Source: Cirrosporium novae-zelandiae
Lineage: Eukaryota
Direction of reading: 5' to 3'
Length of the DNA stretch: 64,000 nt
NCBI GenBank assembly: GCA_026023565.1
Contig: JAPETS010000005.1
Location: forward strand, 434,001-498,000
Notes under the pieces: generated by a model
The model's input: only the letters and a program-made list of their open reading frames with translations
Databases searched by the model: none
Told to the model about the DNA's origin: nothing
Program-made: the position numbers and the translations under genes
Part shown: in pieces, positions 37,697 through 51,014 of the stretch
Position numbering within the stretch: the stretch's first letter is position 1
How the letters are laid out: every line of letters starts with the position of its first letter

Positions 37697-40306
37697 TCAT
37701 ATGAAGTTCATGAGTGCAGGCGAAACCCGCGTCGAGTTCATGTTCATGGCTCGAAAAGGTTGCGCACCCGACATCATAGTTTGTCGCCTGCCACCTTTCC
37801 TTTCATTAATAGTCGACATTATTTGTGCTTGTGAATGGAGTGCCCGGCCACCATCGCTACTCCTCCGAGATCGATATTTGGATTTCGCCCCATAGCCATC
37901 GGATATGACTATCGGTGGGACATCTGGAAGCGGAACTGTGGGTGGTGGCCTCGCTGGCGGAGGATTCATCTCAGGCAGGCTTGTGTACGAGTGTAATGTT
38001 CGTGACGTGTTGGCTTGGGAAGCAGGAAAGGGCTGCTGGAGGATAGGGATCGACTGAAAAGCGGGTGGGTGTGAGTCGTTCCGATGTCTCATAAAGGTGA
38101 ATGGCCGATGGCGTGATTGGGCACTCGCAGGCCTCCACATAGGATTAGGTTCATAAGGCGATTGTGCGCTAGTTGGACGCTTCGGAGAGAGATCTCGGTC
38201 TCGGGGTTGGGTTGGTCGGGGAAGAGGTGGTAAAGCTGGAAGAGCGGTAACAGGAGGGGGATAAGGAGGGGCTGAAGATTGCTGTGATATGTCATGGGCC
38301 GTAAAACAACGATAAGACTTGGAAGACATTGGTCTTATACTTGGTTGAGAAAATGAAGGCTCGAAATGTTGTTGAATAGAATGTCTGGGCTGGTCATCCC
38401 GGGGACTCTTTGCACGGGAAGGAAACCTGTTCAATGGAAGAGGGCCTAACACTGATCCCGGCCGTTCTTGTATTTGGTCCGATTTTGGTGCATTTGTGGA
38501 GGATTCCTTTGGCTTTGTCCAAGGAGTGGTTGATGCATGGATGGTTTTTGCCGGTGTCTGAGAGGGTGGAACTGCCACCTGAGAAGTGAAAGAGTATCGT
38601 TTGCTGAATGAGGGGACACTGAAGTTTGGTGTGGGTGAATTTGGAGTTGTATAGGCTACTGGGTTTTCGGAAGGACTGTAAGTTGAATGGGGACGAGGTG
38701 ATTTTGTAGGGGACTGAGCATCTGTTGACCGTCGTTGATCATCTAGATTTTGTGGGAGTGCTTGCACCGACCGTCGTCTTTGTGATGGTAGTGGTCTCAT
38801 ATCAGAAATGCTGAGAGAATTTCCAAAGACCGGAGGTAGCGGAAGTTCATGGTTGGATGTTGACATGATTGGCGAGCGGGCAGGCGAGGACGCACGAGAT
38901 GTGGGAATAGTGTGAGAACCGTTGGACATATAAGAAAGCCTTGAACCATTTCTCAACTGGTCGAGTGCAAGTTGGTCTGTTGATATCGACGTAGCCGAAA
39001 CCGAGGGTGCCTCGAAAGATCTCCCTGCCACTGATCGACGATTGAAAGCGTTATTGAGACTTGTTTCAGAAAAGGATCTTGAAAAAGTTCTGTTGTCTGC
39101 ATCATGTAAACTCTGAGCACTACCAAACTGGTTGGGGTCTCGATTAACCAGGAACATTCGACTTTGCCTATTGTACAGCTTCCGCTTATCCTCCTCGCTT
39201 TGATGAGATTCTGACGTTGAACGAAACCGCTTTCCGCCCAACGTTTCAATCTCCTTCTTGACTGCGGCCAGCCATGAGGCTAAGTCTTCTGCTGTCTCGC
39301 AAATAAGCAAAAAACAGCTAGTATTCCTTCGAGATTGAGCCGTACGAATACCAAGCCTAGACAGCAGGCCCACCTCCATAATAGCACCTTCTCTTGAAGG
39401 CAAAACTTGCAATACATAGGGCTTTCCTGGTATTACGTCACTAGCAAAGGCAACCGAGTCCTTGGTAAGTTGCATGATCTTTTCAGGCAATCTATCGAAT
39501 GTACCATCTCCAGCATACTGCAATAAATAGCCTGAAGTGATAAGAACATAGACCTTCTCAGTCCACTCTGCCCTACTAAACGAACCAGACACCTTTCTCC
39601 TATGTTTTTTGGCCTTGGCATCCTTCTTCCTTAATTCTGGGGTATTTTGATGGGCTCCCATATCTAGAGAGCTACGCATCATTTCCTCGCGTATGCTAGG
39701 ATTTCGTCGATGGTTACAAATGCGCATGATCGATTCTGCAGACAAGTTGGACGCCATTAGAGTCGCATGTTTCACCGCTTGCGGATACGCCTGAAATAAA
39801 GGCGGTGGATCCCAGTTTCCTACGTCTCTTGCTGCCTTTTCATTTTTTGACGTCTTTGAGCGTACAGTTTTCTTAGAATTTGAATATTTTAGTCTCGACT
39901 CGCTGACGGTCCTCACGGTCGGAGGAGGACTCGGTACACTTGGTTCACGTTGTGATTTCATCGTCGATCTTCTAGAAAACGTGCGGCGCGCAGGTGTTAA
40001 AGTTGGAAAGGGCTCTTCTTCAGGTTCCGCCGGAATCGGCGGCATCTTCTCCTCTCTATATTTCTTAGTTGACTTTGACCTGCTGAAGAGGTTTCGGAGA
40101 TTACTCCTTGAGGCTTGGCGTTTCACCGTAGGAGCTACTGGGGTAAGTGGAATCCGGTTCGCGGATTGGTCGAGTATTTCCGACTCGTCTGGACGAGGTC
40201 GTTGGAGTCGGCGTGTTGTTTTGGATGGAAATGAAGTCTGGAGTGGGGGGAGATCAACTCCTCGATGCCCTCCAGTGGGATGTCCATGGCGTTGAGCAGG
40301 GTCCAT
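37697..40306 (-). CDS. Fungal PH-domain protein with long Ser/Pro-rich disordered regions
   Basis: Intronless ~869-aa ORF with WDPPPLFQAYPQAVKH and a PH-like block WTEKVYVLITSGYLLQYAG...WLAAVKKEIE. Confidence 0.75.
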   Translation of the reverse strand: MDPAQRHGHPTGGHRGVDLPPLQTSFPSKTTRRLQRPRPDESEILDQSANRIPLTPVAPTVKRQASRSNLRNLFSRSKSTKKYREEKMPPIPAEPEEEPFPTLTPARRTFSRRSTMKSQREPSVPSPPPTVRTVSESRLKYSNSKKTVRSKTSKNEKAARDVGNWDPPPLFQAYPQAVKHATLMASNLSAESIMRICNHRRNPSIREEMMRSSLDMGAHQNTPELRKKDAKAKKHRRKVSGSFSRAEWTEKVYVLITSGYLLQYAGDGTFDRLPEKIMQLTKDSVAFASDVIPGKPYVLQVLPSREGAIMEVGLLSRLGIRTAQSRRNTSCFLLICETAEDLASWLAAVKKEIETLGGKRFRSTSESHQSEEDKRKLYNRQSRMFLVNRDPNQFGSAQSLHDADNRTFSRSFSETSLNNAFNRRSVAGRSFEAPSVSATSISTDQLALDQLRNGSRLSYMSNGSHTIPTSRASSPARSPIMSTSNHELPLPPVFGNSLSISDMRPLPSQRRRSVQALPQNLDDQRRSTDAQSPTKSPRPHSTYSPSENPVAYTTPNSPTPNFSVPSFSKRYSFTSQVAVPPSQTPAKTIHASTTPWTKPKESSTNAPKSDQIQERPGSVLGPLPLNRFPSRAKSPRDDQPRHSIQQHFEPSFSQPSIRPMSSKSYRCFTAHDISQQSSAPPYPPPVTALPALPPLPRPTQPRDRDLSPKRPTSAQSPYEPNPMWRPASAQSRHRPFTFMRHRNDSHPPAFQSIPILQQPFPASQANTSRTLHSYTSLPEMNPPPARPPPTVPLPDVPPIVISDGYGAKSKYRSRRSSDGGRALHSQAQIMSTINERKGGRRQTMMSGAQPFRAMNMNSTRVSPALMNFI

Positions 40307-41628
40307 TACCCGAATCCGCTCTCCTAGAATGGAGGTCGCCCAGACAATACCCAGTTCAATCAATCACCAAAAACTATTGTTAGATACAACTGGCGACCAT
40401 ATTTTTGGGGGTTTCTTTTGTTTGCGCAATATTTGAAATTTGGGAGAGTGAGAGATAAGGCACTCTTAGCTAAGGTTGCTGAAATTGCGACAACAAGATC
40501 AATTGATCCAATGAGGGGTATGAAGAGATAGAATCTTCAATTAGAGACGGCCAGCGTCTATAGTGAGGAATGATATGATAGGAAGACGATGTAGTTGAAT
40601 TAATTGCTGATTGTTGATTGATATCTATTAGAAATGGGACCGTGTGAGGTGTAGGAAGGAAAAAGAAGAGGTTAAATTAGGAGTCGTAAACGTAAAGCAG
40701 ATTCAATTGGATAGTTTTGACGAAAGTTCAGAAAGGACAGACAGATAGATGTTAGTTAGTAAAAAGGAAAGGAAGGATTGTACAAGATTAAGAGAGAAAA
40801 GAGTGTAGGTATGGGGGGAGGATGAGGATAAGAGAAAGTTGAGGAACTAAGACTTCACGACAAGGTTGATCCAGAAGATTTGGGGGGGGGGGGTAACGCG
40901 GCTAAGATTGGATATGCAGTGATTTCCAGTGATTTACAGTATAGTTAGCATTAACCCAATGTGGTTATTGCGGATAGATATCATTGGGTTCATTGTGGTT
41001 ATTATGTGTATTATTATGTATGTTATGTATATTAATCATGGATTACACTGTTTCAATTTTGCCCATTTGTCAATTTGTTTCAAAATCCCCTGATTCTGAT
41101 TCTTTGCTTTTTAAATTTCCTCAGCTTGGCTCCCTCAACTCAGTTTGTGTGTTTGAGGTAAATAGACTCTGCATCTGCCAATTTTTCTTTTCACTAAGGG
41201 GCTCTTGGTTTTCTTTTCTTCTTTCCTTGAATTTTTATGCTTTTTTTTCTATCCGCAACGTAGTTACATTGGTTATTTAGTACCTATCTAGGTCTTTCCT
41301 AGTTACCACCACACAATGTGGCGTGCTACGAAACCACTTTAGTCTTAATAACAATGCAACAATCAGATGGTCAAGTCTATTGTCCTTTTATCATCCTCTT
41401 CATCATCTTGAGTTACAATCATCAGAAAAGTCTTTCTATATTTTATGCTCCGCTCAAAGTCACCCTAACCTAAACATACATATCCATCATTCCCCCTTTA
41501 CCTACCCAAACACCCCTCATCCATCATCATAACCTCCTGTAAGATAAAAAGTATAATTATATTTTGACATATTCAACCCAAGTTTCATCAACATCCCGAA
41601 CTCGTTAACATTTCCAAAATGGACCCCA

Positions 41629-43517
41629 TCACCCGGCATGCGACCTCCTCCATTTGCCCCATCGTGAATTTGGCCCACCTCTGCCCTCTTCTACTACTTT
41701 CCCACTAACATCACGTCTTCCCAGCGTGCCTCCGGTTTTTAATAGGTCCACCCCTGAATTACTGATAACCCTTCCACTCTTGTCCTCACGTGGTAGGTCC
41801 ATATAGGTTCCCACCTCTGCTCCAGCAGGGCTTCCCAGGTCTCCATAATACTTCTGCTTCCCCGGTGAGCCAATAATTGATCCTGGTCGGCTTCCTGTTC
41901 CTGGCCTGTTTGCACCTGTCGGCGTTAGAGGACCTCGGCTTTGGTTTCTGCGACCTGGGTGTGGTGGGGTTGATGGGTTCACCATTAACGGACTGAGAGG
42001 ACGAGAATAGTTGCGTGGGGAATCTTCATCCTCGTCATCCGAAAGAGTTTGGTGGATAGGCCGATATTCCTCGTTGATCCGTTGAGTACCATGGCCAGCG
42101 ATTGATGAAACTGCGCTATTACCACGGTTCATGTTATTTCGCCTGTCTTGAGATGGCTGGCTGTAACCAGAGGGAGATGATGGAGACGATGGAGATGATA
42201 GCCTCCGGTCATGTGCAAACCAGCAATCATCGAGGATGGCTGCTCTAATCTTATACCGTGAAGCTGTTTTGGGTTGAGAATCCGTACTCATGGCAGTAAC
42301 TGGACGTGAAGTAGGACTGGCTATTTGTGCAACCACGAAACCATCATTTGCGGCTGATGGTGCCTTTCGGCTATCAGGCCTGGAATTCAAGTCAACCTGA
42401 GAGTATCGATAAGAGTCATTTTGCTCTGGATAGAACGAGTTTGGACGATCAGAACCAGAATCTCGATATGGAGATTCACGCATTGATGGACTGCCAACAG
42501 TAGTGGATGACTCGCCCCGATTGTGCATGAAAGGAATGGTACGAGGACGAGCAATTAGCGGATCTTCAGCAGTTGAGCCACGCTTGGAAGGATCGGATGA
42601 AACTGTAGTTGCTTGACTCATCCGCTTTGTATCTGCAACTGAAGACTTGTTGCGCTTATGTCTTGATGTTAGGTGGTCTTCCAGCGGATTCATGTCTGGT
42701 GGTAGCTTCGAGATTTGTCGATATACAATAGCTAGGTAGATAGATATCGTTAGTGAAACCAGATGTAGAGAGCCGTCTACTACGCTGATTAAAAATAGAC
42801 TGTCTATTATCTTATTTGTCGTATCAAGGTTCCCAAACAAAGTTCCCCATTTATCGTCGTTTTTGCTGCTGTATTCATACTCTAGCTTTGACATGTATGC
42901 CGTAAAGACAAAAAATGGGATAAGGCCAGTGTCGATCATCCCTGCGAAAATCATATAACTGGAAGCAGAAGCTGGAGTTCGACCTTTATATGACCCGAGC
43001 AGGTGGTAAATTGCATAGACGGTGTGAAGAGTTGCAACAGCGGGCTGTTATCCCACATTTAGTATCATGTTCCAAAATTCCGCTCATCCTATTTCTTTGC
43101 GTACCGGAATTCTGATTATCCATGCCACCGAGGTTGAAGTCCCTTTCACACAAATGACACAGAATAATATTCCTAAGGCACCAAGCAAGGAACATATTCG
43201 GAAAAATAGCTGCACCCATCTTGTGTATTTTACCTTGAGTTTTATGCGAGGATTCATTGGCTTTGCGTTTAGATTTCCATATGGAGTGGCAATGTACTAT
43301 TTCGAGGCAATTAGCAGTGGACAAGATGTTCAGAGATATTGTCAAAACTCACAGAGTCAGGGTGCCTGTTGAAGTTTACCAATGGTCCATTCTGCTTGGG
43401 CCTAGGTGACCTAGGTGGACTCCGGCTAGCTTGAGTCACCGCTCTTGGATTGAATCCCCGATCTGAGAATGAGTATCGCGAGGGTGGATCATAGATGAAG
43501 GGAGGGTCGATGCCCAT
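41629..43517 (-). CDS. Uncharacterised fungal multi-pass membrane protein with disordered C-terminal tail (3 exons)
   Basis: Exon 1 MGIDPPFIYD...FNRHPDS, about four hydrophobic segments in exons 2-3, then ISKLPPDMNPLEDHLTSR and C-terminal RDVSGKVVEEGR. Introns are canonical. Confidence 0.75.
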
Positions 43518-44008
43518 GGTACCTATATACCTAATTCACGAACTTTGCCAAGAACAAGTTGGGAGGAATGGTTGAAGATCAACAATTGGTGATTTGAGGA
43601 ATTCAAGAAACGTCGCTCAAAGAGACGGTGTTGCGTATGCTTTAACATTGGTTGATGCCGTGTTCGGAGGACACACAAGCAAAGCTGATTGTTTCCAGAG
43701 CAACTATCAACACACCAGACTGTATTTGTATCTCGGCGATTATGAGTAACTGATTAGATGACTCATTACTAAATCAATACAAGTACTTTCAAAATGATTG
43801 AATCGAAAGGTATCCTGTAACTAGATCCTGCTGAGTCTTTGGAATTAAATTATGTATATGTATTTATGAATATTTATGTAGATGTTGTCAACACTACCTA
43901 GGTAGTTGTAGTACCTCGGTCAATCGTTGATTTTTTCCCGTTATCGAATCCCCAGAGTCACCATTCAAAAAGTATATTCGAGCATCATCTGAAGAGGTCT
44001 CGTTGGGC

Positions 44009-45758
44009 ATGAAGTCCATTCTAAACGCACGAAATGTCTGCGTCTCGTACCAGTCTTCCCTTGCCTTATCGTGGCGGCCGAGACACTTGATTCATATCAA
44101 GCAGACACATCGATCCTTCAACGGCAATAGCAATGTTACGACAAAGACCAAGCCATTTCGCATAGCTATAATTGGATCTGGTCCTGCAGGCTTCTATGTG
44201 GCCTCAAAAGTCTTGTCAAAACTTGATGATGCAGTGATAGATATGTATGAACACTTACCAACTCCATTTGGTCTTGTAAGATATGGAGTTGCTCCGGACC
44301 ATCCGGAGGTCAAGGTTCGCATCCCATTATCTGAAGCAGTTTTTTTGAGCAATGCGTTATGTCAAATTCTTTAGAAAATATGGCGCTACTAACTCTCGAT
44401 TTTTCTACCTAGAATTGTCAAGATAGATTTACAGAGGTAGCATCTTCATCGCGGTTCAATTTCATTGGCAACATTAATATCGGTTCCGATCTCCCTCTTA
44501 CAGCTTTGAAACCGCATTACGATGCTATCCTTTTTGCATATGGCGCTTCGGAGGATAAAAAGCTAGATTTGCCCGGAGAAGATACTCTCAAAGGAATTTA
44601 CTCTGCTCGCGCTTTTGTGGGGTGGTATAATGGTCTCTCGGAATATTCTCAGCTTGCTCCAGATCTCTCTGGAGAGAATGCTATCATTATCGGGCAAGGG
44701 AATGTTGCTCTAGATGTGGCGCGTATTCTTCTGACAGATATTAATACCCTGAAAAAGACGGATATAACAGAGCATGCCCTCGAAGTACTCTCTAAGAATA
44801 AAATCAAAAGAGTAAGAGTAGTGGGGAGGAGGGGAACTATGCAGGTATGCCCTCATATGGTATAGTGTATGGCCCCGTTCTGATGGAGCGATCACTGCAG
44901 GCTGCTTTTACAATCAAAGAAGTGCGCGAGCTATTACACCTTCCTTCGGTCTACTTCCATCCTATTCCCAAGGACTTGTTCCCACCAAATATTCCGAAGG
45001 GGATGCGGCAAAAAGACCGTATCGTTAAGCTTCTGCAATCTGGCTCCCAGTCTTTTGCGGAAAGCCTAAAATCTTGGTCATTGGATTTTTTGCTTACTCC
45101 GATGGAGTTCAGGCCTACCAAACTTGACAAATCTCATATAGGTCAGATCGACTTTCAACGCAACCTCCTCCAGTCGAATGATCCCTTCCCGGTGGCAGTC
45201 CCTGCTTCTCCAAGTGTTCATGCCAAAGTTATCCCCACAGGTGAAGGCGTTTCTTTTCCAGCCGATGCGGTCTTTCGCTCTGTGGGTTACAAATCTGTTC
45301 CCCTTTTAGGGCTTGAGAAATTAGATATTCCGTTTGATAAGCACGTAGGCACATTCCCTAATGATGGCAGTGGCCGTGTTCTTCACTCTTCGCAAAATGG
45401 TTCCGGTCTTGCTGCTATTCATGTCCCAGGAATATACTGTGCTGGATGGGTAAAGCGTGGTCCCACGGGTGTAATTGCATCGACAATGGAGGACGCTTTT
45501 GAAACGGCAAGTGTGATAGTGACCGATTGGAAGTCCAAAGTCATGTTCCTCAACGGTCCTGGCAGCAGCGAAGAACTAGGAAGCACCGGTCTTGGATGGG
45601 AGGGTGTTAGATCGGAAGCAGAAAGGAAGGGATTAAAGAGAGTCAGCTGGGAGGATTGGCAGAAGATCGATGAGGCGGAAAGAAAGAGAGGAGCCGCAAA
45701 AGGGAAACCTAGGGAGAAGTTTCCTAGTGTCAAGGACATGCTTGAGATCTTGGGATGA
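44009..45758 (+). CDS. ARH1: Mitochondrial NADPH:adrenodoxin (ferredoxin) reductase (3 exons)
   Basis: IIGSGPAGFY, PFGLVRYGVAPDHPEVK, IIGQGNVALDVARIL and GWVKRGPTGVIASTM. Confidence 0.95.
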
Positions 45759-47007
45759 GGCAAAGGACATGTTGCCTCCACACCCGTGCGACTCAAAGAT
45801 ACCAAAGTGATATGCGATATTCCAGGCATCACCATTGGCGGGTATTGGCTATCATTTGATGTATAAAATATATACCGGATTGTAGATTAGGCTAGGTTAG
45901 GATTATATGTACTGGATGTATGTGTAGATGTGTTAAATTTAGGGCTGTGCAGACTTGACTTGTATCGAAATTAAGTAATTAGCAAAAACTAATTAGCTTC
46001 TGATGACTCTATAAAGATTTACTGATGTCGGATGATGGAGAGCCACTGGAAGCCACTGAAGGAAAGTGTAGGCAACGGGAGAGTTTTTCATATAGTGTCA
46101 CGTGTGTGTGTATGAATGAACAAAGTAGGCGTAGGGCGGTCTCCGTTAGACTACTTCTCTAGACTTAAGGTCTTTTTCAGCCCCGCTGTCAACCGACGTC
46201 ACACGGCCATTGGGGGGGAAAGGCGGGCCTATGCATTTCAAGAGTAGAGTACTTTCGAAAGTACCGACCTAGGTATTCAGTACCTTGTTAGTCGGCGTAT
46301 CGGTTCATCACCTGCATCCACCACCCAATACTCACCTCCACCTAATTCAACGGCTGGCTCTTATTATTCTTATTATTCTTATTTATTATTCAGGTCGTTA
46401 CTTGATTTACAGTAGTATTTGCTGCTCTCCAAAAACAGTCACCTTGGTTATTCCGCATATAGCCTGATCTACCTCCGGCTTCACCCACACCCCTAATCTC
46501 CACCTTCCCCATATTCCATCGACTTTTGGAACCAGTCATCCTTGTCTTCGTTGCCGTTGACTGCAGTCAATTGTCTCGTGATTCTTTCGGTCATAGGATA
46601 CTATTTTGATGCAAACAGTATCCTCGACTATACTTGATTATCAGGTACTGGAAATAGGAAACCTCCGTCAATAAGCTTGTAGGATCAGCACAGAGTATGT
46701 GAAACCCGGATATTGATGAAAGTTGGTGTCTTACCACATTTCTCTCGTTCCTCCCTCGCCGTCAGGGCTTCAGTTTGAGTGCACTTGTACTTTCGTACCG
46801 TACTTGCCGTGGCCCGTATCTCTCTCTCCCCCAACTGCTCCCCCCCAACACTCACCTCTTTTATACAGTATTCTCCCTATTTCTTTTGACAACCAACCAG
46901 ATATCCTACTCAAATCACATGTTAACCTTATCTTCAGACTTATAGATTAACCTAATAAACCCTCATTCAATCTCTCTTCTGCACCGACGCCTGCACTCAC
47001 TCCCATC

Positions 47008-48186
47008 ATGCCAGACGTCAATTCTCTTCCTTCTCCAAGACGATCGCTTTCCAACTCGCCCGTTCAACGACGTGTTGGTCCCCCAGTCAATCCTGATGCT
47101 GTAGCCCGTGGTGGCTCTCCTTCACGTTCATCGTCAGTGTCGCTCGCCGCAGCTGCTACCATAAATGCTGGTATTCATCATGACTCCCATCACTCTTCTT
47201 CAAGCTCTAGCCGTGATCGAGCTTCCCCGCAGATGCGCCAGCATCAACGTAGAAGGTCCAGTGTTCTTAGAAGTCTGTCGCTGAACGACCCAACCTTACC
47301 AAGCCCAGGGGAGCTCTCTTCATCCGATCGTCGTACTTCTGGTCACTATTTTGGAGTGTCCAGTCCCCAGAGTCCTACAATGGGCCCAAATCATCGTAGG
47401 GCTCCAAGTCTAGGAGAAATCCATCAGGAATTAGAACAGGAGCAAGAAGCTCAAGTTGTCAGTAATCTTCTGTGTGCATGGCTTAGCGAAAATTGGTAAT
47501 GGCTAATTCGGGAAATTTCAATAGAATCGGCTTCTACAAATGATCCGGCAACAACAAGCCCAACTCCAACAGGTACAGCAGGTGTCGGGGGGGTCTCCAT
47601 CGGCTATTATTGAAGACAATGGCTCCCCTCCTGAGAGGTCAACTCCCTTTCCAAGCGTCTCGACTTCAATCAACGCCAACTCTTCTCATAGTCCTTCTAT
47701 TACACCTCATGCTCCTCTAAATTCAACCGCTATACCATCTCACTCTTCGAGTCTCCGTGGCCTTTCAGATGATTTATCACGACGAGACTCCCGTCGGTCG
47801 AGACACTCCAGTCGGACCGAGTCTCCCGCATTACGTCCTCTCTCCAACAGCTTTTCCATTGAAGGGGGTGATTGGAACTCACAAAACGGTGCAAATGCAG
47901 GTAGTCGAGATGAAGTAGCATATTATCAAGCCGAGACTGCTACATTAACACGAGAGAATCAGATGCTTCGAATGCGGATCAAGGAATTGGGTACGTCTGA
48001 AAACGCCAACTTCAGAAACTTGACAATAGATTTAATACTAACACCAATTCAGAGAAGCAATTGAGTGACGCTCATGCTACAACCCCACATAGCCCAATAA
48101 TGGTGTCTAATCTTGCATTTCCTCCGATCGATACTGCACTACCTCAGCTTCCGGGAGGGCAGCACAGTGCAGAGACCAAACATTGA
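47008..48186 (+). CDS. Ser-rich hypothetical protein with two coiled-coil blocks (3 coding exons; probable 5'-UTR intron 46695-46937)
   Basis: RAPSLGEIHQELEQEQEAQV|NRLLQMIRQQQ and YYQAETATLTRENQMLRMRIKEL|EKQL join in frame across canonical introns; stop TGA at 48184-48186. Confidence 0.75.
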
Positions 48187-49217
48187 GGCGATAAATATTT
48201 TCAAAAGCTTGATGTGATGGTTTAAGAGACCCCTTTTGTGTCCTCTTTCTGTGGAATGGCGTTTTAGTGGTAGGAAACATTAAGATGATGCTGGCTGGCT
48301 GCTATTCTCTTCATGTTCACGATTTGCAATTTGGCAGTTAATGCACGTTACTCGGTATTCGGGATGGTAAACTCTGGACATGTTATGTACGGCACAGGGG
48401 GTAATTGACAGTAAAGGCTGATGGGATTTTCCTTTTGGGGGAGAAAGTTATGATGGGGGGTTGCTTATTGCATCTCAGAACCTGAACGAAGATTGAGAAA
48501 TGGTATAACAAGATAAATACACTAAGAATACCAACCACATTACTTGAGAGACGGTTCCCCTTGTTTCTAGCTTGGAATTTGAGTGCTTGGCTCTATATCT
48601 ATGCACGATATGAATATTGAAACAGATAGGGTCCCGGGTAAAATTCCTAATGGTCGGATGATTGGATAAATCTTTGGTGTGACGGTGTTGGTGGTTCGAT
48701 ATCTAATTAACCCTAAGAGGTAACTAAGCACGTGCTAAGCCAGTACTTTTTTAATACAAGTACACTACTGTATACCATATAATTACGGTGTATGATAGTG
48801 GTATTTTATCGGTACATGGTGTGACGTATACCGAGGTAAAGACGGAGATGTTATCGGTGAACAAGGCTCCGCTAACCCGTATCGGGATTGAAGTTAACCG
48901 TGGGTGATCTCACCTTTAGCGCAATTTGACCTCACAGACCTTTCCACCCCGCCTTTTCAGTTTTTTGCGGAGAAGCGAGAACCAGAGGGAGGACGATGAA
49001 GTATATTATCCAGATATATCTACTTGTTATATTTACAACTTTACCAACCATCTCTCTGAAATATCAAGCACCCTCTCCGCTCAATTATTTGTTTTCTTTT
49101 TGTTTCTTCCGTCTGTTAGAAAAAGAAAAGAACTGAAGAGCTTGAGAAGCTATTTAGAGCTCTCACTCCTGCTACGCTTTAAATCAAACTTTTGGATCTT
49201 ACTTGTTGCGTACAGCC

Positions 49218-51014
49218 ATGTCACTTAGTCTGCGTACTTCTCGCATCTGCTCTAGACGGGTAGTTAGGAATATTTCACTCTCAACTTCCATTGCCAATTC
49301 TGGTCATCCATTCAACCTTCCATTGGGCCTAGCCACATCTACTCCAAAATCTAGGATATTTTCACGCATCATGACTTCGCAGTTCTCCACCACCCCTACC
49401 TCCACATATGCTCAACCTCCAACCAGGACTCCTGCATACGACAAAGAAATTAATAAGATTGCAACATATATCCATGATTATAACGTCAATAGTGATCTCG
49501 CGGTTAGTTCTCCTTGTCGATGAGCTACACTCGAACCAAAATAGTTGACATTTCCCGGCCATTCCCTAGTTCGATACTGCGCGATTCGTTCTTCTCGACA
49601 CCCTAGGCTGTGGCTTAGAAGCATTACGATTCAAAGAATGCACAAAGCTACTCGGCCCTATTGTCGAAGGGACAACTGTTCCCAACGGTACTCGAGTCCC
49701 AGGAACGCCGTACGTCCTTGACCCAGTCAATGGGGCATTCAACATAGGTGCGATGATTCGGTGGTTGGATTACAATGATTGCTGGCTGGCTGCTGAATGG
49801 GGACATCCTTCGGATAACCTGGGAGGGATTCTCGCGGTGGCGGATTGGATCTCAAGGACAAATCGTGCTGGAGGAAATCTTGGGCAGGGTAAAGTTCTCA
49901 AGATCAAGGATGTCTTGGAGGGTATGATCAAAGCACATGAAATCCAGGGATGCATAGCTTTAGAAAATTCGTTCAATAAGGTTGGGTTGGACCACGTTCT
50001 GCTAGTCAAGGTTGCAACGACTGCTGTAGTATCGAAGATGCTGGGGCTAGACGAGAGGCAGACAGCAGACGCCATCACGCAAGCATTCGTTGATGGCCAG
50101 AGCTTGAGGACATACCGACACTCCCCAAACACCATGTCGAGGAAGTCATGGGCTGCAGGAGATGCCTGCCAACGAGCCGTCAACTTGGTTTTAAAGGTCA
50201 AGGCAGGAGAGAAGGGAATGCCCACGATCCTTTCGGCCCCAGTCTGGGGCTTCTATGACGTTCTTTTCGACGGAAAGAAATTCCAATTCCAAAGGCCATA
50301 TGGGAGCTACGTAATGGAGAATGTTCTCTTTAAGGTCTCCTACCCAGGTAAGTTGTCATCCCACGCCCCCCACTCCTTCCTCCTAACAATCATACTATAG
50401 CCGAATTCCACTCCCAAACCGCCGTCGAAGCGGCCAAAAAGATCCACGCCCAGCTGGCCTCCCAAGGTAAATCTGCAGCTGACATTGCACAAATAACCTG
50501 CCGAACGCATGAAGCCTGCGTGCGCATCATCGACAAACAATTCAAAGCAATGGATAACTTTGCTGACCGCGACCACTGCGTGCAATATATGGTGGCAACA
50601 ATGCTTGTCTTCAACCGGCTTGAAGCCACCGACTATGTCGATGGCAGCGAAGTCGCCACCTCGGAATTGGTCGAGTCCCTCCGCAAGCGCATCAAATGCG
50701 TCGAGGATCCCGCCTTTACTAGGGACTATCATGACCCGGCGAAGCGGACGATTCCGAACGCCTTGACAGTGAAGCTGAATGATGGGACGGTACTGGAGGA
50801 AGTGATGGTGGAGGCGCCGCTTGGGCACCGCTTGAGGAGGGATGAAGCCAAACCGGAGATTTTAGCCAAGTATAAGAGGCACCTAGGACCGCATTATCCA
50901 ACCGAGAGGGTCCAGCAGCTCGTGGACCTTCATAATGACCCGAAGGGCTTAGAAGAGATGGATGTGGATGAGTATGTGGACTTGTATGTTAAACAGACGA
51001 TGGATTGGTCTTGA
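49218..51014 (+). CDS. PDH1: Mitochondrial 2-methylcitrate dehydratase (PrpD/MmgE family), 3 exons
   Basis: [56 protein letters not shown] and [10 protein letters not shown]; Arg/Ser-rich presequence. Confidence 0.96.

Noticed and set aside
48708..48716. TAACCCTAA, identical to a telomerase RNA template
   Set aside because: Only about 500 bp upstream of the PrpD ATG, with no room or pseudoknot evidence for a 1.5-2 kb TER. More likely a promoter TTAGGG-type site or chance.
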